Assembly: GCA_963797095.1 (NCBI GenBank)
Contig: CAWCNY010000002.1
Span: forward strand, 544,001-608,000
DNA from: an uncultured Chloroflexia bacterium
GTDB lineage: Bacteria; Chloroflexota; Chloroflexia; QHBQ01; JADMIH01
Direction: 5' to 3'
Length of the DNA stretch: 64,000 bases
The position numbers were made by a program, and so were the translations under genes. Shown here piece after piece: positions 9,485 to 18,857 of this stretch; position 1 is the first letter of the stretch; each line of letters opens with the position of its first letter. The notes below the pieces were generated by a model that did not search any database, was not told the DNA's origin, and was given only the letters and a program-made list of their open reading frames with translations.

Positions 9485-10936
9485 CTACATTTTGGTCGTG
9501 GCAAGTATCCCCTTGCCCCAGTGCAGGATAGACGGACGAGCGACGATTAGCTCCTTGATATAAGGAACGCTCATCCAGAGTAACAGCAGGCACGCAGGCG
9601 CGTACCAGATTACTACGCTCACCTCAGTCGGCAGCCATACAAATGGCCCGGCAACTTCCACCAGCAAATAAATCAGTAAAGCGGAAGCGCTGAGGACGAG
9701 CGCCAACACAGTGATTTTGCGCGTGCTTACCAGGCTCACCGCGCCCAGCAGCGTTATCAGATACCAGGTGCGATCGATTGGCATAAACAAGAGCGTGAAT
9801 GCCACCATCACCACGGCCCAACCCCTGAGCATCTTCTCGACCCTTCCCTGGGCTTGCCATATAGCCCACAGGATCGCCAGCCCGAAGGCTGGAACGAAGA
9901 CCATACGGCGCAAAGTGAAGAGGTTGTCGGGCAGCAAAAGCAGCACGATCCCCCCCACCAAACCACTGACAAAGAGTGCGATCACCGGCACCTTACGAGG
10001 TGAAACAAGAAACAAATACATCACTAACAGAGGCGCTGTAACGAACTTGGTTGTGCTCGCTACGGCAATCGCCACCAAAGCAACCCACTTATGCCCCAGC
10101 AAATAAAGGTAGACCCCTCCCAGTAGGAAGAAGACTATCATTGGGTCAACGTGCCCCAGGCCCACCAGCACTACGATCGGGTTCCAGCAATAGAAAACCA
10201 GCCCGGTCAGCCGGTAATCCGGGTTCAGTCGTCCCAGGATCTTCCAGATCAGCGCGGCGTTGCCCAGGTTCAATGCCAGCAGCAACAGGCGGAAGGCGAA
10301 CAGGTTGGCCACCACCCCATCCCCTGCCACTGCTGTCATGATGATACTCATGGCCGTCCACGCCGGCCCATATAGCGATGGTACATACGTCCAGTCTGCG
10401 TATGTGTACTTCAACAGCGGATCACCAATGAAAGTGGCCGGTGCCACGGTCAGTGGATTTGCATGATAGACCGTGAACACCCGCCCTTGCGCTGCGTACA
10501 GGAAAAGGTCCGTGTTAGCAACATTCGGCAGTGCGATCAGAGAACTGAGCAACAAGAGGAGCGCGCCTCCACCTACCACTGCCACACTGACCCTGCTCAC
10601 TCCGACCCATCGGCTGATCACCAGTGCCAGCGTGTAACATATGATCAGCACCAGGGCGATAGCCGAGCACGTCAAAATAGCTGCCTCGGATGTTTGTGGG
10701 ATCGGTAGAGGAAGAGCAGCAATCCATGACCAGAAAGGTACCTGCTTGATCAACTCCGCCTGGGGAGCTGCCATGTACGGGTCGCTGAGTGGTATGAGAA
10801 GCTTAACCGCCAGGTAGCAGGGCAGCGCGAGACATGCTATCATGCCAAGCAGCCAAATAGCCCTTCCACTTTTTTCGCCGGAATATAGTCGCTCGGCGCC
10901 CTCAATATTGAGCAGACCTAAATAATCGGAAACCAT
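9485..10936 (-). CDS. GT-C polyprenol-phosphate-sugar-dependent glycosyltransferase (MptA/MptB alpha-1,6-mannosyltransferase-like)
   Basis: DLFLYAAQG, NP, SLYGPAW, WNP..., GH.D motifs; multi-TM. Confidence 0.75.
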   Translation of the reverse strand: MVSDYLGLLNIEGAERLYSGEKSGRAIWLLGMIACLALPCYLAVKLLIPLSDPYMAAPQAELIKQVPFWSWIAALPLPIPQTSEAAILTCSAIALVLIICYTLALVISRWVGVSRVSVAVVGGGALLLLLSSLIALPNVANTDLFLYAAQGRVFTVYHANPLTVAPATFIGDPLLKYTYADWTYVPSLYGPAWTAMSIIMTAVAGDGVVANLFAFRLLLLALNLGNAALIWKILGRLNPDYRLTGLVFYCWNPIVVLVGLGHVDPMIVFFLLGGVYLYLLGHKWVALVAIAVASTTKFVTAPLLVMYLFLVSPRKVPVIALFVSGLVGGIVLLLLPDNLFTLRRMVFVPAFGLAILWAIWQAQGRVEKMLRGWAVVMVAFTLLFMPIDRTWYLITLLGAVSLVSTRKITVLALVLSASALLIYLLVEVAGPFVWLPTEVSVVIWYAPACLLLLWMSVPYIKELIVARPSILHWGKGILATTKM

Positions 10937-11207
10937 TGCGCGGGTCCTTCAAAACCCACCGGATACCAGGCTGATAGTGGCAGCAGTCGACTACCAATAT
11001 CTGCTAGAGACATGTACCGGTGCGTGGCGTGGAATGCAACCCCGTGCTGAGATCCTAGAGTTACGTTCGTCTTATTCTAGATTAGTATTCTTGCCAGGAG
11101 ATTTGTGTAGTGCTGAACAATTCTGTAAGGACTGTAAGAAGTCAACTATGTTGCTCCTTATGATCAATTCCTGTAAGATGGTGACTGCATGAATATCACG
11201 CCTGCAA

Positions 11208-13400
11208 GTGAACATGTCGAAAGAAGATCGAATGTTACAATTCGTCAAAGTCAAGCAATCGACCTCGAATCCTCTATTATCACAGGCACACGACGGCGTC
11301 CGCTCTGGCCTCCTGGCGAACGGTCTTCTGCTCCTTTTACTACTCCTTGTTATCATAGCGGGCACTACCGCGTATGTTTCCAGCGAGCACGCCTTCTATT
11401 CGTGGGACTACGCCTTCTACGAAGAATCAGCATACGGCACTGTAGACTACTTCCACGAATCACCTCTACAGGCTTTACGCGCCGTAGCCCATTCCATGTC
11501 GGACGACTACAATCTGGCTTTCACATTACCCATTTTGCCTGCCCTCCTTCTTGATCGCTCGCGCTTGACCTATGAACTGGCCCTTGCTCTCATCTACTTC
11601 TTTCCTTTCTCACTGGCGATTGGCGGCATAGCGGCCAACGTCGTGCCACCCCACTCACGCGCCGTATTCTGGTCGGCTGTAGGCTTGACCTTGCTCATCC
11701 CGATGGCATGGGTACCTATGCTTCGTGGGCTACCCGACGTCGGCGGCGCGCTGCTCCTCTCCCTGGCCCTCTGGCTCTATACGCGTGACCCGCAACTGAA
11801 GCGTGTCTACACCATGATTGGGATCGCCCTTCTCCTCACTGCTTCCATACTCTTTCGCCGCCACTTTGCCTATGCCGTTGTTGCCTTCTTCCTGGCCGCA
11901 GGTTTGGTACTTTTGATACAGGCCGCAGGGCGCATCAGACAGGGACGGACTGCGGCCCTGCAAGAATTGCGGTCCTCCATTCCACGTCTAACCTTGCTCG
12001 GAGTTGCCACGCTAATAGCGTTGATCGTTTTCGGCTTTGCCTTTGTGCAGCTTGTTCTCACCCATGATTACTCTTCACTCTATAGCTCGTTCGAGTTCAA
12101 CCCCTTCGTGGTCCTGACTTCCTATATCGACGCCTACAGTTGGGTGGTGATGCTCGCGGCGACAATAGGCTATCTTTTAGCCCTCGCAACGCACAGACTT
12201 CAGCAACAGGGTATCTTCCTCGGCATTTATGGGGTTTTGTTTCTGCTGCTTTGGTCGATAGTGGTGCGTCAGGTAGACTGGCACTATACTCTCCATTTCA
12301 CCCCTGTTGTTGTGGTGGGGCTGACCTCGCTCGCATGGACCGCCGTCCCCCGCCTTGTTCGCAGCACCCGTTTGCTCTTTGTCGCTGCCATGCTCCTCTA
12401 TCTCATCTGCTATATCGCTGCGGGACTGGGCAGGACGACTGTCGCCAACGGTCCCCTGCCGATTACCAGCTGGGGGCCTCTGCGCCGCGCCGATTACGGC
12501 CAGATGGCTAACCTGATTGCCTACCTGCGCACAATCGCTCCCAATCGGGAGCCAATAGAAATCGCCGCTGCCTCCCTGGTGATCAACGCCGACCTCGTCC
12601 GCGTTGCGGAGCAACAGTTATACGGCGTAGATGGCTCCATCCTGAACGTGCTACCCAACCCCGACGTTGACTCCAGAGGTTACTATCCCCTGGAGAACCT
12701 GATCCAGGCCCAATACATCGTTGTGGTCGATCCCTTCCAATACCACTTGAGGGTGGAAGAACAGGGTGTGGTTGCTGTCATGCACGATCTCTTCCAGGGA
12801 GAAACCGCTTTCGCCAACGACTTCACGCTCCTTGAACCATACTTCCAACTGGAAGATGGCGCAACCGCCCTCACATATCGGCGCACCCGGCCCACGAGCC
12901 TGCAAGTCGCCCTGAGCACGCTCGACTTGATCCGCCGGTACGTGCCGGCCCGCCCCGGCAATCAGCCGGAGTGGATAGGCGCGGAAATCCCATCGGACTA
13001 CGACTTCCTTTCCTATCGGGACGGCAGGCCCAGCGGCATAGGCTTCCAGGTGAGCCGCCCCGGCACTCTCTCGGCCTCGTACAACTCTGCCGTCACCCTG
13101 GCTTATCTCTCTCCCCTGCCCCAAAAGGCAACCATCACCGGTATCGCCACCTTCGAGGAGAGCACATGTGAAGATTGGACGGTCACATTCTCAACCACCT
13201 CTCCATCGGGCGCTCTCACAAACCTCGCCACTGCAGACTTAGCGCCCGACGAGAATGATCCCGACCGGTTTGAGGTTCCACTCTCGCTCCAAAACGTGGA
13301 CTACCTGCTGATGCGAGTGTCAAGCTCAGCCGGTGCAAGCCACACCACCGGCATCTGTACCCTGGAACTGCAAGTAGATCCCTTGCATGAAGAACATTAG
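11208..13400 (+). CDS. Membrane protein, putative GT-C glycosyltransferase with large extracytoplasmic C-terminal domain
   Basis: About 12 TM segments, FYSWDYAFY and LFRRHFAY motifs; soluble C-terminal half. Confidence 0.55.
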   Translation: MNMSKEDRMLQFVKVKQSTSNPLLSQAHDGVRSGLLANGLLLLLLLLVIIAGTTAYVSSEHAFYSWDYAFYEESAYGTVDYFHESPLQALRAVAHSMSDDYNLAFTLPILPALLLDRSRLTYELALALIYFFPFSLAIGGIAANVVPPHSRAVFWSAVGLTLLIPMAWVPMLRGLPDVGGALLLSLALWLYTRDPQLKRVYTMIGIALLLTASILFRRHFAYAVVAFFLAAGLVLLIQAAGRIRQGRTAALQELRSSIPRLTLLGVATLIALIVFGFAFVQLVLTHDYSSLYSSFEFNPFVVLTSYIDAYSWVVMLAATIGYLLALATHRLQQQGIFLGIYGVLFLLLWSIVVRQVDWHYTLHFTPVVVVGLTSLAWTAVPRLVRSTRLLFVAAMLLYLICYIAAGLGRTTVANGPLPITSWGPLRRADYGQMANLIAYLRTIAPNREPIEIAAASLVINADLVRVAEQQLYGVDGSILNVLPNPDVDSRGYYPLENLIQAQYIVVVDPFQYHLRVEEQGVVAVMHDLFQGETAFANDFTLLEPYFQLEDGATALTYRRTRPTSLQVALSTLDLIRRYVPARPGNQPEWIGAEIPSDYDFLSYRDGRPSGIGFQVSRPGTLSASYNSAVTLAYLSPLPQKATITGIATFEESTCEDWTVTFSTTSPSGALTNLATADLAPDENDPDRFEVPLSLQNVDYLLMRVSSSAGASHTTGICTLELQVDPLHEEH

Positions 13401-13434
13401 AACTGCACATCGTTTCCCCAGGCCAATCTACTAA

Positions 13435-13463
13435 TTGACCCTTATCCCTCGACCTGCTATAAT
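13435..13463 (+). promoter_or_regulatory. Sigma70-type promoter upstream of comM
   Basis: TTGACC-N17-TATAAT. Confidence 0.7.
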
Positions 13464-13534
13464 CGCGCATGCCAGCCTTCAAGGTTGGTCTCTTTGCCTG
13501 CTAAATTGATGACCATTTGTACAGGAGGACTCTG

Positions 13535-14000
13535 ATGGCCCTGGCCCGCGTCCTAAGTTGCGCCGTCGTCGGCCTTGAAGGCTCCCTCATCGAAGTCGAA
13601 GTAGACGTAAGCCGCGCAGGTATGCCTTCCATGGCGATCGTCGGCCTCCCGGACGCCGCCGTCAACGAGTCCAAAGAGCGCGTTCGTTCCGCCATCCGCA
13701 ACTCCGGCGGCACCCTCCCCCAGCCCTCCCGCATCGTCGTCAACCTCGCCCCCGCCAGCGCGACCGCTTCAAAGACGCCCAGAGTATCTCTACCAACGCC
13801 GAAATGCGCCCCGCCGAAATCCGCCAATACTGCGACCTGGATGCCGCGGGCCAATCCCTCATCAAAGCCGCCATGCGCCAGCTACACCTCTCAGCCCGTG
13901 CCTACCATCGCATACTAAAACTCTCCCGCACCATAGCCGACCTTGCAGGAAGCGACAGGATCGAGGCCGCCCACCTGGCCGAGGCTGTGCAGTACAGGCG
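13535..14000 (+). pseudogene. comM: comM / YifB Mg-chelatase-like AAA ATPase, internally deleted (N-terminal ~74 aa joined out of frame to C-terminal ~80 aa)
   Basis: IEVEVDV...[24 protein letters not shown]...IVVNLAPA, then in another frame NAEM...[19 protein letters not shown]...HLAEAVQYR; central ATPase region absent. Confidence 0.85.
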
Positions 14001-14052
14001 GTGTAGCGTACCGCACATCTCAGGTTTCAGGTCGGACGGAGGATGGATTGCA

Positions 14053-14763
14053 ATGCCCACTTTGAAGGTCAACAACATAAATATCTATTACGAAACGCAG
14101 GGTGATGGGGATACGCTCGTCCTTATCCCTGGCCTTTCAAACGATATTTCAGAATACAAGGGTGTTATTGCCGGGCTTTCCAGCAGATATAAGGTCGTGG
14201 CGGCCGATAACCGAGGCGCAGGGCGCACGGATAAGCCTGAAATACCATATTCAATCGAGATGATGTCCGATGATACAGCGGGGCTTCTGACAGCCCTTGG
14301 CATAAGTAGCGTGCATGTTCTGGGCGTTTCTCTGGGTGGGCGCATTGCCGCGGATCTCACTCTGCGACACCCTGAACATGTCAGGAGTCTGATTTTGGTC
14401 TCGACTGTTGTTAAGCGGCAAGGTCAACGTAACTGGTCTAATCGCCTACTCAACGTCGCGCTCAGAGTACCTATCTGGAGAGGAACAGGAAGCAGGTATG
14501 CACAACCATATTACGCGCTTGCTCGGCAACGTGAAGCGGCAAGGAATTATGACTGTATGGACTTGCTGCCCGAGATACAGGTGCCAACCCTGATTCTGCA
14601 CGGAAGGGAAGATAGGATTGCCCCTTACAGCGTGGCGGAAGAGATGCATGCCCCGATAAAGGGCTCGCAGATGATTACGGTTGACGGCGGCCATTTATTT
14701 CTGTTTTTCCATCCCAGGCAGTTCGTTGGCGCAATTCTGGAGTTTTTGGCTGGCGTTTCCTGA
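14053..14763 (+). CDS. Alpha/beta fold hydrolase
   Basis: DNRGAGRTD, GVSLGG nucleophile elbow, HG.ED, GGH; in frame with the comM remnant. Confidence 0.85.
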   Translation: MPTLKVNNINIYYETQGDGDTLVLIPGLSNDISEYKGVIAGLSSRYKVVAADNRGAGRTDKPEIPYSIEMMSDDTAGLLTALGISSVHVLGVSLGGRIAADLTLRHPEHVRSLILVSTVVKRQGQRNWSNRLLNVALRVPIWRGTGSRYAQPYYALARQREAARNYDCMDLLPEIQVPTLILHGREDRIAPYSVAEEMHAPIKGSQMITVDGGHLFLFFHPRQFVGAILEFLAGVS

Positions 14764-14910
14764 AGGGGAGAAGAGTAGTCCCATAATCAAGGGACATGCC
14801 CCCCGCCCCGGAACCGGATATGCTGGTATTACCCAGTTTGAGGTTGCCGGACCATCCCACGGACCCGCCGCGCTTGGCCTGTGCCTAACTCATGGGCTAG
14901 GAGGCAGTTC

Positions 14911-16776
14911 ATGTACGAACAATTCGTTCCCGTAGAAATCGATGATACCGGCCAGGTAGACTTCAAACTATTCCTGCCCGACGACACCCTTGCTTCATCT
15001 CAATATGATGGCGGCGGCCTGCCCCACATCCGCGAAATCTATGTAGTTGGCGACTTTCAGTCTTTCATGGGCGATCCGAATTGGACCCCCGTACCTGCAA
15101 CTCTCATGTCCAAATCTCAGTTTCAGGATACTGATGGCTCCGTCAAAGGTTGGCTCTATACCCTGCGCACTCCTAAATTGGACAAAGGCTTCTACCAGTA
15201 CAAATACTACGTCCTCTTCGAAGACCAAACTGAAGCCCCGCGCTACGTTGGCGACCCCTGCTCGCGCTACGGGGGCCGTTCAGACCAAAACTCGGGGTTC
15301 GTGATCGGCGGGCATAAGATCAAGCATGTGCGAGCACATGCTGACCGCACCCCATACAAGGACCTGATCGTCTACGAGTTGATGATCGACGACTTCACCC
15401 ACCAGTTCCTCAACGGTCGCGCACCCCTCGACGCCCTCAAGGATAAACTCGACTATCTCGTTGACCTCGGCGTCAATGCCATCGAATTCATGCCCTGGAC
15501 AGCATGGCCCAGTGATGATTTTAGCTGGGGCTACAACCCCTTTCAGTACTTCTCCGTAGCCCACCCCTACACTCTTGACCCCCAGAATCCCGCCGATAAA
15601 ATCTACTACCTGAAGCGATTGATCGGGCTTTGCCACCAAAGAAATATCAACGTAATCATGGACGGCGTCTTCAACCACGTAAAGTCCGAGCCTCCCCATA
15701 GAGGCTTCGGCTACTACTGGCTCTACGACACCCCCTCCGACTCTCCCTATGTCGGAAACTTCGCCGATCATGCCTTCTTCCGCGATCTGGATTACGCCAA
15801 CCAGTGCACCTTCGAATTGATGCGCGATGTTTGCCTCTACTGGATGGATATTTACAAGATCGACGGCATCCGCTTCGACAACACGCTCGGCTACTACAAA
15901 GCCGACGACCGCGCTCATGGCCTGCCCAAGCTCCTGACCGAGTTGCGCTCCCACCTGGCAGATACCGGAAGCTCTGACTTCGCGACCATACTGGAGCATA
16001 GCTGGGACTATGGTGCCATTGCCGTAACCAATCAGGTCGGCGCTACCAGTTGTTGGTACGATATGTTCCGCTCTCTATCCAGGCGCTATATGCAAGACCA
16101 TCAGATCGACACCAAAATCATGCGGATGCTCAATTCCAGCAGAGATTTCGGCAAGGACAGCACTCCCACCATTTGCATCCAGAACCACGATCATGAACCG
16201 CTCATCCAGAACGCAGGAGGCCGCCAGGCCTGGTGGAGAACCCAACCCTACATGATCGCACTCTTCACCTGTCCGGGTGCTGTACTGATCTACAACGGGC
16301 AAGAGTTCGGTGAAAACTACCCGATGCCGGAACCGGGTGCTGCCGATGCTGATCAGCGCGTGCAACCCCGCCCCCTCCATTGGGAGAATCTGGATGATGA
16401 GCCGGGCCAACGACTACATGCCCTCTATAAGCAGCTAATTCATCTGCGCAAAGATCACCCCGCCCTGCGCTCTCCTAACTTCTATCCGCCCGATTGGGAC
16501 GAGCAAAATCAGACGCTTGATGGCAATGGCTTCGGTCTCGACGTTTCTAAGCAGGTAGTGGTCTACCACCGCTGGCAAACCGCAGATGATGGCAACACAG
16601 AGCGTTATTACATTGTGCTGAATTTCTCCGACTTCTCCCAGCCCGTCGAAGTCCAGTTCGCCGAAAACGGCCCTTGGAAAGACCTTCTCAGCGACTGGCA
16701 GCCCCATGTACAAAACAACCGCCTACAATTTCAAGTCGGCTCAAACTGGGGGCATATCTTCTACAAAAAATCCTGA
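14911..16776 (+). CDS. GH13 alpha-amylase family glycoside hydrolase (branching enzyme/TreZ-like)
   Basis: YEL.IDDF, SWGYNP, DGVFNH, DGIRFD, NHD motifs; AGGAGG RBS. Confidence 0.85.
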   Translation: MYEQFVPVEIDDTGQVDFKLFLPDDTLASSQYDGGGLPHIREIYVVGDFQSFMGDPNWTPVPATLMSKSQFQDTDGSVKGWLYTLRTPKLDKGFYQYKYYVLFEDQTEAPRYVGDPCSRYGGRSDQNSGFVIGGHKIKHVRAHADRTPYKDLIVYELMIDDFTHQFLNGRAPLDALKDKLDYLVDLGVNAIEFMPWTAWPSDDFSWGYNPFQYFSVAHPYTLDPQNPADKIYYLKRLIGLCHQRNINVIMDGVFNHVKSEPPHRGFGYYWLYDTPSDSPYVGNFADHAFFRDLDYANQCTFELMRDVCLYWMDIYKIDGIRFDNTLGYYKADDRAHGLPKLLTELRSHLADTGSSDFATILEHSWDYGAIAVTNQVGATSCWYDMFRSLSRRYMQDHQIDTKIMRMLNSSRDFGKDSTPTICIQNHDHEPLIQNAGGRQAWWRTQPYMIALFTCPGAVLIYNGQEFGENYPMPEPGAADADQRVQPRPLHWENLDDEPGQRLHALYKQLIHLRKDHPALRSPNFYPPDWDEQNQTLDGNGFGLDVSKQVVVYHRWQTADDGNTERYYIVLNFSDFSQPVEVQFAENGPWKDLLSDWQPHVQNNRLQFQVGSNWGHIFYKKS

Positions 16777-16847
16777 CCTTGCTCAACACCTGCTCACATA
16801 CCTTCCCCGCCCATCGAAACCTACGAGTATAATGACAATGACACCAC

Positions 16848-16990
16848 GCGCCAGCTACACCTCTCAGCCCGCGCCTACCATCGCATACTAAAACTCTCCA
16901 GCACCATAGCCGACCTCGCCTCCAGCGACCGCATAGAAGCCGCCCACCTTGCAGAGGCGGTTGCAGTACAGACCACGACAATCAGCTTAG
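16848..16990 (+). repeat. Second copy of the comM 3' end (direct repeat of 13875-13997), ending QYRPRQSA*
   Basis: First ~65 bp nearly identical to copy 1, remainder diverged largely at synonymous sites; 1-bp insertion near 16961. Confidence 0.9.
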
Positions 16991-17037
16991 TTACGTGTAC
17001 ACAGGTTTCGATTTCTTGGCAAGCACAAAACACCGAC

Positions 17038-17066
17038 TTGATTTGTACGGCATATTGCCGTACAAT
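17038..17066 (+). promoter_or_regulatory. TA operon promoter overlapped by palindromic operator
   Basis: TTGATT-N17-TACAAT; palindrome TTGTACGGCA-TAT-TGCCGTACAA (17043-17065). Confidence 0.8.
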
Positions 17067-17120
17067 AAGAGAGATACTGATCGACATATATTGAATATCT
17101 TCAACATCAGGAGGTTTTCA

Positions 17121-17429
17121 ATGGCTCTAAGAAAGCGAAAAGAGGCTTCGGTTACTTCGAAGATAGAACGTTTGGAAGCTCGTGTTACCTCACAACAGAA
17201 GAGTATCATACAGCGTGCAGCGCAACTATCAGGTCTGTCCGTAACCGACTTCCTTGTTACAAGCGCACAGAACAAAGCCGAAGATGTTATTCGCGAGCAT
17301 AACGTTATAACTTTGACAGCACGAGATAGCGTACTTTTCGCCACAGCGCTGCTCAACCCTCGCGAACCCAGTGCAGCCCTACGCGATGCGTTTGCGCAGC
17401 ATGATGCGGAGGTCATAGAAAGAGATTAG
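17121..17429 (+). CDS. DUF1778 (TacA/AtaR-like) RHH antitoxin
   Basis: ERLEARVT..QK.IIQRAA.L.G.SVTDF...LLNP.EP..AL; AGGAGG RBS. Confidence 0.9.
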   Translation: MALRKRKEASVTSKIERLEARVTSQQKSIIQRAAQLSGLSVTDFLVTSAQNKAEDVIREHNVITLTARDSVLFATALLNPREPSAALRDAFAQHDAEVIERD

Positions 17430-17934
17430 CGCCTACATAGTCGAGCGGCTCGATACCAACAAGCATAATCGGACGGCCGTCTCCTGTGGCGTGCTCCCGC
17501 TCGATGCTTATCTCAAAACAAGAGCAAATCAGGAAGCAAAGAGAGGAATTGCGGTGGTCTATGTCCTCTGTCCAGAGGATTCAGGCACAATTCTCGGCTA
17601 CTATTCCCTCAGCACGGCGTCGATAGAGATCACCCAACTACCCGAAGAAATGCGAAGTCGGCTACCACGCTATCAAGCTATGCCTACCTTTCTAATCGGC
17701 AGACTTGCAACTGACGAGAAATACCAGGGTCAGGGAATTGGCAAGTTACTTATCGCCTCCGCGCTCAAACGCTGCCTGAAGCTCTCTGAAGATGTAGGGG
17801 CAATAGCAGTCCAGGTTGATGCAAAAAATGACCAAGCTGCTACCTTCTATCAGCACTACGGATTCATTCCCCTCGTTAATGCTCCGCTCAGACTCTTCAT
17901 GCCCATGTCAGAAATCGCGAAACTTGTACCATGA
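17425..17934 (+). CDS. GNAT acetyltransferase toxin (TacT/AtaT-like); start probably non-canonical ATT at 17425
   Basis: H.R...SCG...LD.YL, GYYSL, IGRLATD..YQGQGIG, VDAKN..A..FY..YGF. Confidence 0.85.
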   Translation: MSAYIVERLDTNKHNRTAVSCGVLPLDAYLKTRANQEAKRGIAVVYVLCPEDSGTILGYYSLSTASIEITQLPEEMRSRLPRYQAMPTFLIGRLATDEKYQGQGIGKLLIASALKRCLKLSEDVGAIAVQVDAKNDQAATFYQHYGFIPLVNAPLRLFMPMSEIAKLVP

Positions 17935-18830
17935 GTGATCCTTCTACCCCTTCTGAATTCCTGACCACCCCCAACACTAACATCCACCTCAACCACCGCA
18001 CCTGGGGCGACCCCTCCTCTCCCCCATTACTCCTCATTCACGGCCTCGCCTCCACCCTCCGCATCTGGGACTTCGTAGCCCCCATCCTCGCCGAGCGCTA
18101 CTTCGTAGCCGCCTACGACCAGCGCGGCCACGCCCTCAGCGACAAGCCCGACGACGGCTACGACCTCCCCACCATGCTCTCCGATCTCCTCGGCTTCCTC
18201 AACTCCCTCCACTTAGATAAGCTCATCATCGTCGGCCACTCCTGGGGCGCTAACCTCGCCCTCGCCTTCGCCGCCGGCCACCCCCACAGGTGCTCCGGCC
18301 TCGCCCTCATCGATGGCGGCATCTCCGACTTCCAGGACATCCCAGGCACCACCTGGGAAACCATCAAGCGCGACCTCACGCCCCCCGACCTCAGCCGCTA
18401 CACCCTCTCCGACCTCACCGCCCGTATGCGCGGCGGCGTCCTCTCCAATCTCCCCCCATCCTTCATCGAAGACTACGCCTCCTCCATAATGAACGTCCAA
18501 CCCGATGGCACCATTCGTGCTCGCCTCACCCTGAACCATCACCTAACCATCTTGCGTATTATGTACGACATGCATACCCCCGACCTCCTGCCCCGCATCA
18601 AATGCCCTCTACTCATAGTCCAGGCCGTAGATGGCGACCCCACCAACGAGCGCGCAGCCCAATTCCTGCGCATGAAGCAGCAAGGGGCCGAACGCGTACA
18701 AACCCTGCTCCCAGGTGCAAAGGTCGTCTGGATGCAAGACACCATCCACGACATCCCACTCCAAAGACCCGAACAACTGGCCCGCGAAATACTCGACTTC
18801 TTCGCGGGCAAGGCTGCAACCACTCCATGA
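17931..18830 (+). CDS. Alpha/beta fold hydrolase
   Basis: LLIHGL, DQRGH, GHSWG, terminal HD.P. Confidence 0.85.
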   Translation: MSDPSTPSEFLTTPNTNIHLNHRTWGDPSSPPLLLIHGLASTLRIWDFVAPILAERYFVAAYDQRGHALSDKPDDGYDLPTMLSDLLGFLNSLHLDKLIIVGHSWGANLALAFAAGHPHRCSGLALIDGGISDFQDIPGTTWETIKRDLTPPDLSRYTLSDLTARMRGGVLSNLPPSFIEDYASSIMNVQPDGTIRARLTLNHHLTILRIMYDMHTPDLLPRIKCPLLIVQAVDGDPTNERAAQFLRMKQQGAERVQTLLPGAKVVWMQDTIHDIPLQRPEQLAREILDFFAGKAATTP

Positions 18831-18857
18831 CCCCATATTCCCCACAGGAGAACCTTC

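Noticed and set aside
13804-14763. 319-aa ComM-hydrolase fusion protein
   Set aside because: The N-terminal part is the orphaned comM 3' remnant lacking a stop; the hydrolase has its own ATG at 14053
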